Shown piece after piece: positions 52,843 to 63,070 of a stretch of DNA of 64,000 nt. The position numbers and the translations under genes were made by a program. The stretch spans positions 102,767 through 166,766 of the IMG/VR virus record IMGVR_UViG_3300037249_000709. One strand, 5' to 3'. Each line of letters starts with the position of its first letter. The first letter of the stretch is position 1. The notes under the pieces are model-generated. The model was given only the letters and a program-made list of their open reading frames with translations. It was not told where the DNA came from and made no database searches. This DNA comes from a virus (taxonomy: Duplodnaviria; Caudoviricetes).

Positions 52843-52959
52843 TAATTGGGAACTTTCAAAGGCAAAAGTGTAAATAAAAGTAGTATTTTATCTACATAAT
52901 TTAATTACTTGGGTTGTTTCTTAAATGTCACACTAATGCCTTTGTTTCCCTTTAATATT

Positions 52960-53007
52960 ATTATATCACAAAATCACAATTTAGTCAAGTAGTTATTTGT
53001 GTTTATT
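52960..53007 (-). promoter_or_regulatory. Strong sigmaA-type early promoter, copy 1
   Basis: TTGACT-17 nt-TATAAT with TG extension and a conserved upstream AATAAACACAAATAA. Confidence 0.8.
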
Positions 53008-53008
53008 C

Positions 53009-56000
53009 TTATAAATTTTCGACTTTTTCATATTCGGTCAGCCAACAATCAAACACTCCTGGGACTGGCACAAACTCACCATCTGCCGTTCGTCTAACCT
53101 TTTGCTTTGTGTTTCGTTTCGACACTCTAATAATGTCGCCTTCTTTAACCTTTTTCCTATTGAAAGTTCTTTTGTCGATTTTGACTTCAAGTGTATTTCC
53201 GTTTTTCAAAGCATATACTTTTAATCTGGGAGAATATTTGGTATCTACCGAAAGTATAGCCAACATTCGACTATATCTCTTGTCTACTATATCCACATAT
53301 CCGAGATGTTTAATTTGAGCCGAAACCTTATCTTGCAACGTCCTTTTTGGAACTTTTATGGTTCGCGACATACAAGTTAATAGACTTGCGGTATTTACTT
53401 TTGTAAACATCTTCTCCGTTTCATTTTGGGAACAAGAACGCAAGATGTCAAAGGGTATTCCGTATAATGCAGCTTTATCTTTGGAGATTTGGATTTTGCT
53501 ATAGAAGTTATTGTATAAATTTAATATCTGTAACAAGTAGTTTGCATCTCCAAACTCTTCAAAAAAGTCCAATTCGATTAAAATAGGAAGCTGCCGCGAG
53601 TTTAAAGTAGTTTTTGCTTTAAGGTCTATCAATAAGTCAAAGAAGCTGCTATATCGGTTATTCCTCAATGCGTACATTTCATTGGCAACCGCATCATTCA
53701 TATATTTAATGGACGAAATTCCTTTAAATATTGTATTGCTTTTTTTATCAAAATTGTACTTTGCTGTTGAATGCCTAAATTTAATCGGGGATATAGTAAT
53801 GTTCTGCTTTTTCGCATAATTAATAATTGCAAGGGTTTTTTCTTCTTTATTCTCGAAAATATTTAGTGCTGATGTGATAAATTCAAGGGGATAGTAATAT
53901 CTTAAATAGCCACAAATATAGCCTATCCAAGAATATGGGTCTGCGTGGTTTTTAGAAAAAAGATAAGAACTTGCATCCTCTATTACCTTAATAAAACTAA
54001 CAATAATTTTGTCAGATTCTTCTTTGGGTACTCCGTACCTCTCCAGCATAGTCCTTTGGAAACCTTGCTTTATTTTGGGTATATATTTTTCTGTTCCTGT
54101 TTTTTTAGCAAAACCTCTACGTACAACATCTGCTTCTCCCATTGTATATCCCGAAAAACTATGTAGAAACTCAATAATCTGCTCTTGATATACAAGCCAG
54201 CCAAGAGTGGTTTTTAAAAAGTCATCAAGCGCGGCGTTACCGTATGTAGCATATTCACCTCTCGCAAGTTTATCCCTGTACGATTCGCCCGCTGGTCTTA
54301 TTGCTCCGTTGCCAATAGAAAACAAATCCATATAGGAGAAGTTTGGATTTTGCTTTTTTATCTTTTTAATGGTTTCATCACTAAAAAGCTGTTTTAAATA
54401 AGCTGTAGCACTTTGCGACTCCCACTGGAATATCATCGTTGTATCTTCTTTGATGCTTTCCCATACTGCTTTGTCATCAGGTGGTATATTATCGGGTGTA
54501 GCAAATGGTATTCCTGCTGCATCGCAAGTTTTATAAATCAATCCGATATTATCCAAACCGAGAATATCCAACTTAACAAAATTAAGAGAATCAATCTCCT
54601 TCATATTTAACATCGAGATTTGATATTCATTTGTGGATGTTGTAAATGTGCCAAACCACTCGTCTACAGGGTATGGAGATACAACACATCCGGCTGGGTG
54701 ATTTCCAACAGAAACAACTACTCCGTTCACAAGGTCAACATATTTAAATACCTCTGGATATTTTTTTCTTGCAGCTTCTTCGTCTACATCGCACATTGCA
54801 ATAATTTCTTCTGATATTTTAAGATAGCCGCCGCCAGCTACTTTGTCAATCTCAGCCTCTAAATCTTCGGGTATTCCAATAGTTTGTCCTTGCCCACTAT
54901 AATAATTGTAATCCTTTTGATATGCATCATACTTTTTCTTCCACTTCGGACTTAGCTTAGAATAAAAGTCTGCGTTTTTGTATAAGGCTCGGCAAACATC
55001 TCGAATTGCACCTTTAAGTGCTATTGTATTAAATGTGACAATATCGCAACAATACAAGCCCTTTTTGTTATATAGATAATCTTTTACAGCCTTTCTATCA
55101 TCGGAATACCAGTCTGTATCAACATCAGCCAAACTTACTCTCTCTTTATTCATAAATCTCTCAAAGTTAAGATTGTATTTGATGCTATCAATTTCGGTAA
55201 TGTATAAGAGATAGGCTATGATACTTCCAGAGACAGAACCACGCGAATATCCATATTTAATACCTTTTTTTCGCATAGCAGACTTATAATTTTCTTCCAA
55301 AAGCATAAAATCTATTGCGCCGTTATGCTTGTAAACCTCATACTCATATTTTATTCTGTCGAGATATTCTTGGTAATTCGGATATTTGTCAATACCTCTT
55401 TTCTTGATGCCCTCTTTAATTTTTGCCTTGAATACCGCTTCGGAGTCATCATAGAGTTTGGGATATTTAGGACTATAATCAATCTCGAAAGGTTCTATCA
55501 TATCTGCCATTCTATTAGTATTCTCAATGGCTTCATAAATCACTTCTGGCGGAAGCGAACATTGTAGCCTATATGCTCCGATAAGCTGTTCTAAACTCTT
55601 AAAAGTTAAATTCCAACTTTCTTCATTAGCAAAATACACATCTTTTGCTTTTTGCAGTATAGCTCGTCCGTCCATATGCTCATCATTTAGTGCGTGAGTA
55701 TCTGTTCCTGCAATTAAAGGAATACCATAAATTTTATGCATCTCATAGAGCAACTGATTATATTCAATTTGGTCTGGAACATTGTGATGCTGTATTTCTA
55801 AAAAGCACCTATGTTTTTCTCGCTCCATAAACGCCAAAAATCTTTCTTTTGCCATTGGAGTACCATTGTGGAGAACTCCACCCAAGCAGGCACTTGTTAT
55901 AATTATGTTGTCGGAAGTTTGAAATAACTCGTCAAAACTTATTCTTGGTACATAATAATAATGATTATCTTTTCTATTAAATGAGAGCGAAACAAGTTTA

Positions 56001-56326
56001 TTAAGTTCTTTTACTCCTTCATAATTTTTTGCAATTAAAACACAGTGGTAATTATCTCTTTTCTTTTCAGAAAGCGTTTCAGTTAGATATGCCTCGATTG
56101 CGTGGATATACTTCATTCCTTTGGATTCAATATACTCTTTCTTTTTTAGCCAAGCAAATAATGAACCGTGTTCGGAAAATCCAAACGCTTTCATACCTAA
56201 ATCTGCCGCCATATCGACATACGAATGGAAGTCAGTAATACTATCAATATTGGTTACTCCATTACTTAGCATCGTATGAATATGATAATATGTAAAATTT
56301 TGCGGTATCATTCCTTTAACCCCCAA
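53009..56326 (-). CDS. dnaE: DNA polymerase III alpha subunit (family C) with PHP domain
   Basis: HIHTMLS, SACLGG, RGSVSGS, FERF, DVDTD, KLDILGL and YLFSKNHA motifs. Confidence 0.95.
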   Translation of the reverse strand: MGVKGMIPQNFTYYHIHTMLSNGVTNIDSITDFHSYVDMAADLGMKAFGFSEHGSLFAWLKKKEYIESKGMKYIHAIEAYLTETLSEKKRDNYHCVLIAKNYEGVKELNKLVSLSFNRKDNHYYYVPRISFDELFQTSDNIIITSACLGGVLHNGTPMAKERFLAFMEREKHRCFLEIQHHNVPDQIEYNQLLYEMHKIYGIPLIAGTDTHALNDEHMDGRAILQKAKDVYFANEESWNLTFKSLEQLIGAYRLQCSLPPEVIYEAIENTNRMADMIEPFEIDYSPKYPKLYDDSEAVFKAKIKEGIKKRGIDKYPNYQEYLDRIKYEYEVYKHNGAIDFMLLEENYKSAMRKKGIKYGYSRGSVSGSIIAYLLYITEIDSIKYNLNFERFMNKERVSLADVDTDWYSDDRKAVKDYLYNKKGLYCCDIVTFNTIALKGAIRDVCRALYKNADFYSKLSPKWKKKYDAYQKDYNYYSGQGQTIGIPEDLEAEIDKVAGGGYLKISEEIIAMCDVDEEAARKKYPEVFKYVDLVNGVVVSVGNHPAGCVVSPYPVDEWFGTFTTSTNEYQISMLNMKEIDSLNFVKLDILGLDNIGLIYKTCDAAGIPFATPDNIPPDDKAVWESIKEDTTMIFQWESQSATAYLKQLFSDETIKKIKKQNPNFSYMDLFSIGNGAIRPAGESYRDKLARGEYATYGNAALDDFLKTTLGWLVYQEQIIEFLHSFSGYTMGEADVVRRGFAKKTGTEKYIPKIKQGFQRTMLERYGVPKEESDKIIVSFIKVIEDASSYLFSKNHADPYSWIGYICGYLRYYYPLEFITSALNIFENKEEKTLAIINYAKKQNITISPIKFRHSTAKYNFDKKSNTIFKGISSIKYMNDAVANEMYALRNNRYSSFFDLLIDLKAKTTLNSRQLPILIELDFFEEFGDANYLLQILNLYNNFYSKIQISKDKAALYGIPFDILRSCSQNETEKMFTKVNTASLLTCMSRTIKVPKRTLQDKVSAQIKHLGYVDIVDKRYSRMLAILSVDTKYSPRLKVYALKNGNTLEVKIDKRTFNRKKVKEGDIIRVSKRNTKQKVRRTADGEFVPVPGVFDCWLTEYEKVENL

Positions 56327-57117
56327 TCTGTACTCTTTGCATACTCACAACTATTTCGGAAATTACAAAGATGAGTGCAATAAAAAAAGTCCAAATTAGG
56401 TTCATAATCTTCTTCCTTTTCTATCGCCTTAATGGTGGTCAATATATGTTCGATAGCAGTATCACACTCTTTTTCATTAAATGGAATAGTTGCAATCTTT
56501 TGGTCTTTAAAATGATTCCACATAATCAATTTTGGATATTCCCCATATTTATCTTTAATAGCATAGCTATATAAATACATTTGCTGCTTGTAAGTTTCAA
56601 AACTTGCTTTAGCTTTTGCCTTAACCTTCCCGTCAAGCCTGAATGGATATTCGCTCGACTTGTTATCAATAACAATCAATCTCCCGTCTGTTTTATCTCT
56701 TACGAGCAAATCTATAAAACCAGTAAATTTATACCCTTTTATTTCAAAATTAACCTCTTGCTCAACCCCAATGATTTCACAGTTTTCAAGCCAAGCGAAA
56801 TCTTCTTCTGCAAAATAATTGGCACAGGCTTCATAATTCTTATCCATTGTTGATTGCTTTGTTTTGTAAAAGACATTATCATCAAAATGGTCGGTAAAAT
56901 ACTGTGGAGAATCATCAATCGACAGTTCTTTGTTGTGGATTTTCGCTAAGATTTCGTGTACGAAGCTGCCGACCTCTGCATAGTAATTTCCCTCGCACAA
57001 GTATAAATCATCATCAATTAAATAATTTAAATAAAATTCATATTTACAATGCTCATATGTAGTTAAACGCGAATGCGACCAAACCATCTTGTCAATCTCG
57101 TTTTTATACTCACTCAC
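56308..57117 (-). CDS. PD-(D/E)xK nuclease (RecB/Cas4-like exonuclease)
   Basis: GFIDL, IDNKS, QMYLY and a C-terminal Cys cluster. Confidence 0.85.
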   Translation of the reverse strand: MSEYKNEIDKMVWSHSRLTTYEHCKYEFYLNYLIDDDLYLCEGNYYAEVGSFVHEILAKIHNKELSIDDSPQYFTDHFDDNVFYKTKQSTMDKNYEACANYFAEEDFAWLENCEIIGVEQEVNFEIKGYKFTGFIDLLVRDKTDGRLIVIDNKSSEYPFRLDGKVKAKAKASFETYKQQMYLYSYAIKDKYGEYPKLIMWNHFKDQKIATIPFNEKECDTAIEHILTTIKAIEKEEDYEPNLDFFYCTHLCNFRNSCEYAKSTDWGLKE

Positions 57118-57120
57118 TTA

Positions 57121-58188
57121 TCAAACCACCTTCTTTTTGTGTTCATATACATACCTCCATACTTCTTGTCCACAATCTGCTGGCGAGTTTTTGCTTTCAA
57201 TGCCACCAAGCATATCTTCTATATCCTCAACAATATAAACATTCGTAACACGTTTGAGCTTGTCTATGCTTTTTTTGACATCTGAACTTTTGTAATCAAC
57301 ATCTGTATCATATGCAAGTACAACATTAACACGCAGTCGAACAAGCAATTCTACTTGTTCTTTTGTCAGCGTGTGCTTTTCCGCAGAAACACAATTTTTA
57401 TATCCCCAACCATATGCTTTCATAACCGACTTGATTGACTCAAAAATTATTACCTCATTGGCTTCTTTAATGTAAGGAAGTGTAATATTCAGGCTTTGAA
57501 AATAGTCCATCACGCCAACAGAATAATAGTTAATATACTTAGGGATTTTTAACATTTTATATTTTGGATTTCTTGTCCTTGCCTTTATATTTATAAGTTC
57601 TCCCTCAATATTACATACTGGATATATAATGCGATTTTGAAACTTATCAATCCTCACTCCAAATAAATCCAATGTTTCTTGGCTTATACCTTCATCTAAC
57701 CATTCAGGAACAGGCTCTTGCGAGTATTTTTCGTATTCAGCTTGGCTTATTATTGGATGAGCATATGGTTCTTTTTTCTCTTGTTTCAAAGAGCGTAATT
57801 TGCGTAAAAAATTCATCGTTTCAGAATGACAAATGGTAGACATATCTACATTCGCCAAACCAGCAGCTTTTTCGACTGCCGACTTAAAATCCAGACCTTC
57901 AAAGTCCATTAAAAATCCAATTATGCCACCCGACGCTCCACAAGAAAAACAATAATAAGAGTTTTTTGTGGGCGTAAAAGAAAGAGAGGGCGTTTTATCA
58001 ATATGCTTTGGGCAATTTGTAAAATAGTCCTCTCCCCTTTTGCACAGCTCCATTGTTCGACTGGCATATTCTACAAGGTCAGCGTGTTCGTTGATTTCTC
58101 TTAAAGTATCATCATCATAAGTAAACATCAACGAATGCCCCCCTCTTTTAAAATGCTTCATTTCTGTCGTGTTGTTCGGCTTCAACAA
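57121..58188 (-). CDS. DNA primase (CHC2 zinc finger plus Toprim)
   Basis: CPKH.DKTPS...CFSCG, IIFES and LAYDTD motifs. The likely start is MFTYD. Confidence 0.88.
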   Translation of the reverse strand: MLKPNNTTEMKHFKRGGHSLMFTYDDDTLREINEHADLVEYASRTMELCKRGEDYFTNCPKHIDKTPSLSFTPTKNSYYCFSCGASGGIIGFLMDFEGLDFKSAVEKAAGLANVDMSTICHSETMNFLRKLRSLKQEKKEPYAHPIISQAEYEKYSQEPVPEWLDEGISQETLDLFGVRIDKFQNRIIYPVCNIEGELINIKARTRNPKYKMLKIPKYINYYSVGVMDYFQSLNITLPYIKEANEVIIFESIKSVMKAYGWGYKNCVSAEKHTLTKEQVELLVRLRVNVVLAYDTDVDYKSSDVKKSIDKLKRVTNVYIVEDIEDMLGGIESKNSPADCGQEVWRYVYEHKKKVV

Positions 58189-59491
58189 TAGTCATTGTGT
58201 CTCCCGAAAAAACAAAATCTATATAATCGTCCTCATCATCTTCTTGCATTTGCCTACCAAGTCTATTTACATAAATCTTTGCATAGGCATTGCCGCATTG
58301 CATACCATCTTTTGCAATCATAGCTTGTGTTTTATATTCCCATTTAATACCCACTGACAAATATCTATTGATTTTCATACTATCAGCGACCTCTCCATTT
58401 CGGTTAAGCTGGCAAGCTGCTAATACTGGAATATCCATTTCTCCGGCAATGTTGTTTTTTAGAAAATCGCATTTTGCACCAAGTAGGTTATAGTTATCGC
58501 TCGAAGATGTGGCGTTACTCTTTAGGTAGTCATATACGACAAATCCTAACCCCATTTTGTTTTGTAGCATTTTACAAATAGAATATAGCCGTTCCATTGT
58601 AAGATTGGGGTCATAAATATGTACAAATGGTTGTTGCTTTATCCAACCGATACTTTCTTTTATTCTTTTTTCTTCTTCCCTGTCGTACCTTCCGTTCTTG
58701 ATTTTCTTCATATCTATACCGGTTAGATGTGATAGTAGTCGTTCTACATACAATCTTGTTGGCATTTCACTATCGACAACTAATGTTGGAACGCCATTTT
58801 TTAGCTTGTGAACAACCTCATTCATCAAGAATACTGATTTGCCTTGTTTGTACTTTGCCTGTATAACTACTAATTCCCCTGGTTCATATGTAAAGTAATC
58901 CATAAACAAGGGGTATTTTGATGGTATTCCGTATATACCATCAGCCGTTCTTCTACTAATAATATCTTCCCAAATCGCATCAATATCGCTACCCAAAGTG
59001 TGAATGTCGCCAGTAACAATATATTTCTGCGTTAATGAATCCAACTCTCGATAAACCGAATTACTTAAATCCTCTAATGAGAAATCTCTACGATAACAAA
59101 ACGCAGTTGATTGATTAAGTGTTTTTATCAAATCTCGCTTGAATGCAAGTGTAACTACATTTTCCGCAAGCATTTTGTATTCATCAACCGTATGTCGAGC
59201 TGCTTCCTTATATAGGTCTACGAACTCTTGGACAGACGGAAGATTATATTTTGCTATCGTATTTTTTACGCCTTGATGACTTTGAATTTTATTAGAAATA
59301 TTGTACGCATCAATATTGGTTATTCCCTCTTTATATAACTCTTGAATGCTCCAATAAATACAGCCGTTTTCTTTCCCATAAAAATAATTAGGCTTTAAGT
59401 AGTCGGTATGTGCTATAAATTCGGGGTGATAAATTAACGTGCCAATAACGCCGCTTTCTGATTGGATGTCGGATAGTTCCGATATATCCAT
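58148..59491 (-). CDS. dnaB: Replicative DnaB-like helicase
   Basis: Walker A KQGKS, DSEM, VYDYLK and CQLNR motifs. Confidence 0.88.
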   Translation of the reverse strand: MDISELSDIQSESGVIGTLIYHPEFIAHTDYLKPNYFYGKENGCIYWSIQELYKEGITNIDAYNISNKIQSHQGVKNTIAKYNLPSVQEFVDLYKEAARHTVDEYKMLAENVVTLAFKRDLIKTLNQSTAFCYRRDFSLEDLSNSVYRELDSLTQKYIVTGDIHTLGSDIDAIWEDIISRRTADGIYGIPSKYPLFMDYFTYEPGELVVIQAKYKQGKSVFLMNEVVHKLKNGVPTLVVDSEMPTRLYVERLLSHLTGIDMKKIKNGRYDREEEKRIKESIGWIKQQPFVHIYDPNLTMERLYSICKMLQNKMGLGFVVYDYLKSNATSSSDNYNLLGAKCDFLKNNIAGEMDIPVLAACQLNRNGEVADSMKINRYLSVGIKWEYKTQAMIAKDGMQCGNAYAKIYVNRLGRQMQEDDEDDYIDFVFSGDTMTIVEAEQHDRNEAF

Positions 59492-59503
59492 TCTCCACCT
59501 CCC

Positions 59504-60019
59504 TTATTTGTCCTTTTTGAAAATACTTGAAAATCCTTTTGGTTTTGAACTAATTGAAAACTTGGGTGAGATTTCTTCGCTATCTGCAATCTTAGGCAGT
59601 GGAGATTGTCTCATTTTTGCTATTTTAGTTCTCGCATAAGCATCTTTTATTTCTTGCCTGTCAACATAATATTTAAATCCACCAGGATATTGCAATTTAT
59701 ACTTATGAAGAATACAGTATTGCAACACAAACAATAGATATTCAGACTCAACACCTCTTTGGAGAAAGCCGTTAAGCATTTGGAATAATTGAGAATAAAT
59801 CACGGTATCATTGATATGTTCTATCCACAAATTTTTTATGGTCTGCAAATCCTGTTTGGTTTTTTCGTCTTTCCATTCTCCCTTGATTTTTGCTTTATAA
59901 CAGTCTTTGTGATAATAGATTTTTCCCTTTTGCGTGTATTCATCAACATCTAAATTGATTTCTTTGGTCGGGTGATTGCATTGAGCATATCTACACATTC
60001 TAATGTTTGATTTAGCCAT
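59504..60019 (-). CDS. Hypothetical protein, possible helicase loader/replication factor
   Basis: C..C...YHKDC zinc motif; directly upstream of the helicase. Confidence 0.6.
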   Translation of the reverse strand: MAKSNIRMCRYAQCNHPTKEINLDVDEYTQKGKIYYHKDCYKAKIKGEWKDEKTKQDLQTIKNLWIEHINDTVIYSQLFQMLNGFLQRGVESEYLLFVLQYCILHKYKLQYPGGFKYYVDRQEIKDAYARTKIAKMRQSPLPKIADSEEISPKFSISSKPKGFSSIFKKDK

Positions 60020-60022
60020 AAT

Positions 60023-60637
60023 TTATTCTTCTTCCTCTAAAAGATAGGTTGACTCTATGTCGGCTTCGTGAAGTGCAAGAATGAAAGGATATTTCTTGAT
60101 TGCAGCACTTAAATAGTTCCAATTCTCTTTCGGCTCTGTCCAGCCCATATGCCATCTAATTGCATATCGTTCAACGGGGGCGAGTTTAATAAATGACTCA
60201 ATCATCATTACTGATTTCTCTCCGTGACCATAGGGTGCTCTGTCATCCACTGTGTAACCATTAACAACCACCCAATCATACTTGCCCTTGCTATCTATCT
60301 TTTTACCTTCATCGCTATAAACTTTCTTATTTCGTGGCTCGACAATATAATAATTTGTCTTACAAATATCGTGCAGCAATGAACAAAGAATTAGGCTTTC
60401 TTCTCCAACATTATCAAGAATTTTACTCCAAATGGGATTACTTCTTTTGTTCAAAAGGGTTTCCATAACATTTAAACTATGTTCGAGTAAGCCTCCCTCG
60501 TGACAAGAATGGTATCTGGTGCTTGCCGGCGCAGTATAGAAATCAGACTTTCTAATGTACGCCAGCAACTTGTCCATACCCTCTCTATCAATTTTGGAAA
60601 GCAATGACTCAAACTTTTCAATATTCGTTTGTGCCAT
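60023..60637 (-). CDS. HD-domain hydrolase
   Basis: APASTRYH, GGLLEHSLNV, LLHDICK, GHGEKS and IRWHMG motifs. Confidence 0.88.
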   Translation of the reverse strand: MAQTNIEKFESLLSKIDREGMDKLLAYIRKSDFYTAPASTRYHSCHEGGLLEHSLNVMETLLNKRSNPIWSKILDNVGEESLILCSLLHDICKTNYYIVEPRNKKVYSDEGKKIDSKGKYDWVVVNGYTVDDRAPYGHGEKSVMMIESFIKLAPVERYAIRWHMGWTEPKENWNYLSAAIKKYPFILALHEADIESTYLLEEEE

Positions 60638-60649
60638 TATGTACCTCCA

Positions 60650-61096
60650 TTAAAAAGGCAAATCTTCGTCCTCATCTTCTATTGGTGTTTCAACCTTCTT
60701 TTTTACAGTTTTTGTCGCAGTTTTCTTTGCCGTAGTTTTTTTTGCGCTCGATTTTGCTGATTTCTTTGAATTATCAGAAGAATCATCGGATTCATTGCCA
60801 GGCAACTCAAATTTAAACACATAGAAGTTCGTGTACATCTTCTTTTTCTCTTTGACGTACTTGTTTCTGGTGTCGGTATATACGAGTCTAACGCTTAACC
60901 CGTTTTCGGGAATATCATCTATTTCTGAAATAGCTTCGTGGGCATTTCCGAGAAACATTACATATCCATCCTGAAACTCGACCTCATACTCCCCTGTTTC
61001 TTGGTTTTTCTTCGATACGCTTACCTGACAGGTAGTGTATTTTTCGTGTTCTTCCTTGCTCCAAATTTTTGCATATGCGCCATTAGTAAATCCCAT
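60650..61096 (-). CDS. Single-stranded DNA-binding protein
   Basis: OB-like N-terminus and an acidic tail ending EDEDLPF. Confidence 0.75.
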   Translation of the reverse strand: MGFTNGAYAKIWSKEEHEKYTTCQVSVSKKNQETGEYEVEFQDGYVMFLGNAHEAISEIDDIPENGLSVRLVYTDTRNKYVKEKKKMYTNFYVFKFELPGNESDDSSDNSKKSAKSSAKKTTAKKTATKTVKKKVETPIEDEDEDLPF

Positions 61097-61103
61097 ATTA
61101 TCC

Positions 61104-61754
61104 TCACTTTCTTACTGCCAAAAGCTGCTTTTCCAAGTTGGTTAGTATCTCTACATCGTCAATATTCTTGTAGTTACCCGAAATCAAATCGTCGCCAAAC
61201 TCAGGGTTAGCTTGCTTTTCAGCGGCTACACATAGCTCTTTAACTTTGGCTTTTGCCTTATCAGATAATGCAACCTTCTTATCAACCAAATTCTTAATCT
61301 TTTCTTTGAGTTCCATAGACTTGCTAACATCTTCGGGGACATCCTCATTCATATAGATGTAAATGCCCAGACCGTGTAATGCACAAGCCTTAACTAAGCA
61401 GCGTTTCATACTTTTATTGGCATCAACGCTTGTTATCTGGTCTGCTGCGACAGCTTGATTTTTGAAATTCATTACCGAGAGTGTTTCTATCATCTCTTGA
61501 CCCTCGATTGTTACTCCGACCTCGACCCATCCGGTATGTCCATCATCGTGCCAGAAACGGGTATTTCCGCCATCATCTATAATTTGTGGATAAACCTTAT
61601 AAGTAGCATTTGGATATTTCTTTTTGATTTCCGCCCAAGCCGCTGCCCACGGCAAATATTTAAGACCGTTTTTCTCTTTAATCTTATCAGAAACATCAAT
61701 GGAACTAAGAACGTCAAATACGCTTTTGTTTTCTATACTTTTGCTTTCGCTCAT
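61104..61754 (-). CDS. Sak/Rad52-like single-strand annealing protein (DUF1071)
   Basis: LKYLPWA.AW and RCLVKA.ALHGLGIYIY..ED.P motifs. Confidence 0.85.
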   Translation of the reverse strand: MSESKSIENKSVFDVLSSIDVSDKIKEKNGLKYLPWAAAWAEIKKKYPNATYKVYPQIIDDGGNTRFWHDDGHTGWVEVGVTIEGQEMIETLSVMNFKNQAVAADQITSVDANKSMKRCLVKACALHGLGIYIYMNEDVPEDVSKSMELKEKIKNLVDKKVALSDKAKAKVKELCVAAEKQANPEFGDDLISGNYKNIDDVEILTNLEKQLLAVRK

Positions 61755-61913
61755 ATTTAAAATTAAATTTCCTTTCTTTGTCTATCTTTATAATATAGTT
61801 ACTTGGGTTGTTTCTTAAAGGTTAAAAATATACATCGGACTCACCCTCTTTCTATCCCATATATCTATATAAACACCAATTAAAGGTGGAATTGTATTAA
61901 CTCCATACTATTT

Positions 61914-61961
61914 ATTATATCACAATTTCTAAATTTAGTCAAGTAATTATTTGTGTTTATT
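61914..61961 (-). promoter_or_regulatory. Strong sigmaA-type early promoter, copy 2
   Basis: TTGACT-17 nt-TATAAT with TG extension; near-identical to the 52960-53007 copy. Confidence 0.8.
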
Positions 61962-63070
61962 TATAATAAAATTTCTTTCATTTCAAGAACAACCTTATCT
62001 ATCACATCTTTGGTTATATCATCTGGCATACTTATTCTTATGGTCTGCTGTATTTCTTCAATAGATAATCCCATTGCCTTTAGCACATAAGATGGAGAAT
62101 TGAGGTTGCAAGCCGAACCTGTCGATATGTATATCCCCCGTTTAGCCAAAGCATAAAGCATAAGCTCTCCAACCATATTTGGCAATTCGCAGCTAATAAC
62201 ATTTTCCAGTCTATCCGATTGTTTACAATGAATCTTACAGCCAATGCTTTCTAATTGTTCTTCAAAATATAACCTTAGTTCATATAACTTGTTATTTATT
62301 GTTGGATTAAAATTCCTACCTATTACTGCCACAACCAGCCCCTCAATATAAGGCATATTTTCTGTGCCGCCACGCATACCATTTTCTTGTGAACCAAAAA
62401 TCAAGGGAGATATTTTTCTTTTCTCTTTGATATACGCGAATCCGATACCTTTCGGGCAGCCAAATTTATGACCGCTAATAGTCATAAAGTCTATATTCTC
62501 TTTCTTAACATCAACAAAATGATAAGGAAACCATTGAGTGGCATCTGTATGTAACCAGACATTTTCATATTTCTTGATTGTATCGGCAATTTGAGCTATT
62601 GGCTGAATTACGCCTGTTTCATTATTTGCATATTGCACTGATACCAATTTTGGCTGAGTATTGCCTTTATATTCTTCCAAAATTTTTTCTATGTTTTCAA
62701 CCTTTACAACTCCATTTGAGTCAACTGGAACAATATGTACTTTACCATTATGCCGCTGAATATACTTGCAACACTCTATTATGGATTTATGTTCTACTTC
62801 TGATACAATTATATGTCCTTTTGGGTATTTATCAAAGAAACCCCGCAAAATCCAATTATTGCCCTCTGTTGCTCCACTTGTAAAATATATTTCATTTGGT
62901 TTGGCTTTAATATTATTTGCTATATGAGTTCTTGCACCATCCATCATTTTTTTAGTATTCATAGCGTACAAAGATGATGGGTTAAACCAAAAATGCTCAT
63001 AAAAATATGTCATTGCCTGTATTACATCTTTACGTGGTTTAGTGGTTGCTGCATTATCCAGATATATCAA
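61961..63070 (-). CDS. Cysteine desulfurase (IscS/NifS family)
   Basis: IYLDNAATT, FTSGATE, HTDATQ, SGHKFG (PLP lysine) and STGSAC (catalytic Cys) motifs. Confidence 0.92.
   Translation of the reverse strand: MIYLDNAATTKPRKDVIQAMTYFYEHFWFNPSSLYAMNTKKMMDGARTHIANNIKAKPNEIYFTSGATEGNNWILRGFFDKYPKGHIIVSEVEHKSIIECCKYIQRHNGKVHIVPVDSNGVVKVENIEKILEEYKGNTQPKLVSVQYANNETGVIQPIAQIADTIKKYENVWLHTDATQWFPYHFVDVKKENIDFMTISGHKFGCPKGIGFAYIKEKRKISPLIFGSQENGMRGGTENMPYIEGLVVAVIGRNFNPTINNKLYELRLYFEEQLESIGCKIHCKQSDRLENVISCELPNMVGELMLYALAKRGIYISTGSACNLNSPSYVLKAMGLSIEEIQQTIRISMPDDITKDVIDKVVLEMKEILL

Noticed and set aside
56308-57117. cas4 / CRISPR-Cas locus
   Set aside because: No other cas genes or array are present; the gene lies in the replication operon as a typical phage exonuclease.
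48104-59491. Inteins or introns in nrdD, dnaE, primase or dnaB
   Set aside because: Lengths are ordinary, frames are continuous, and no intein terminal motifs were seen.
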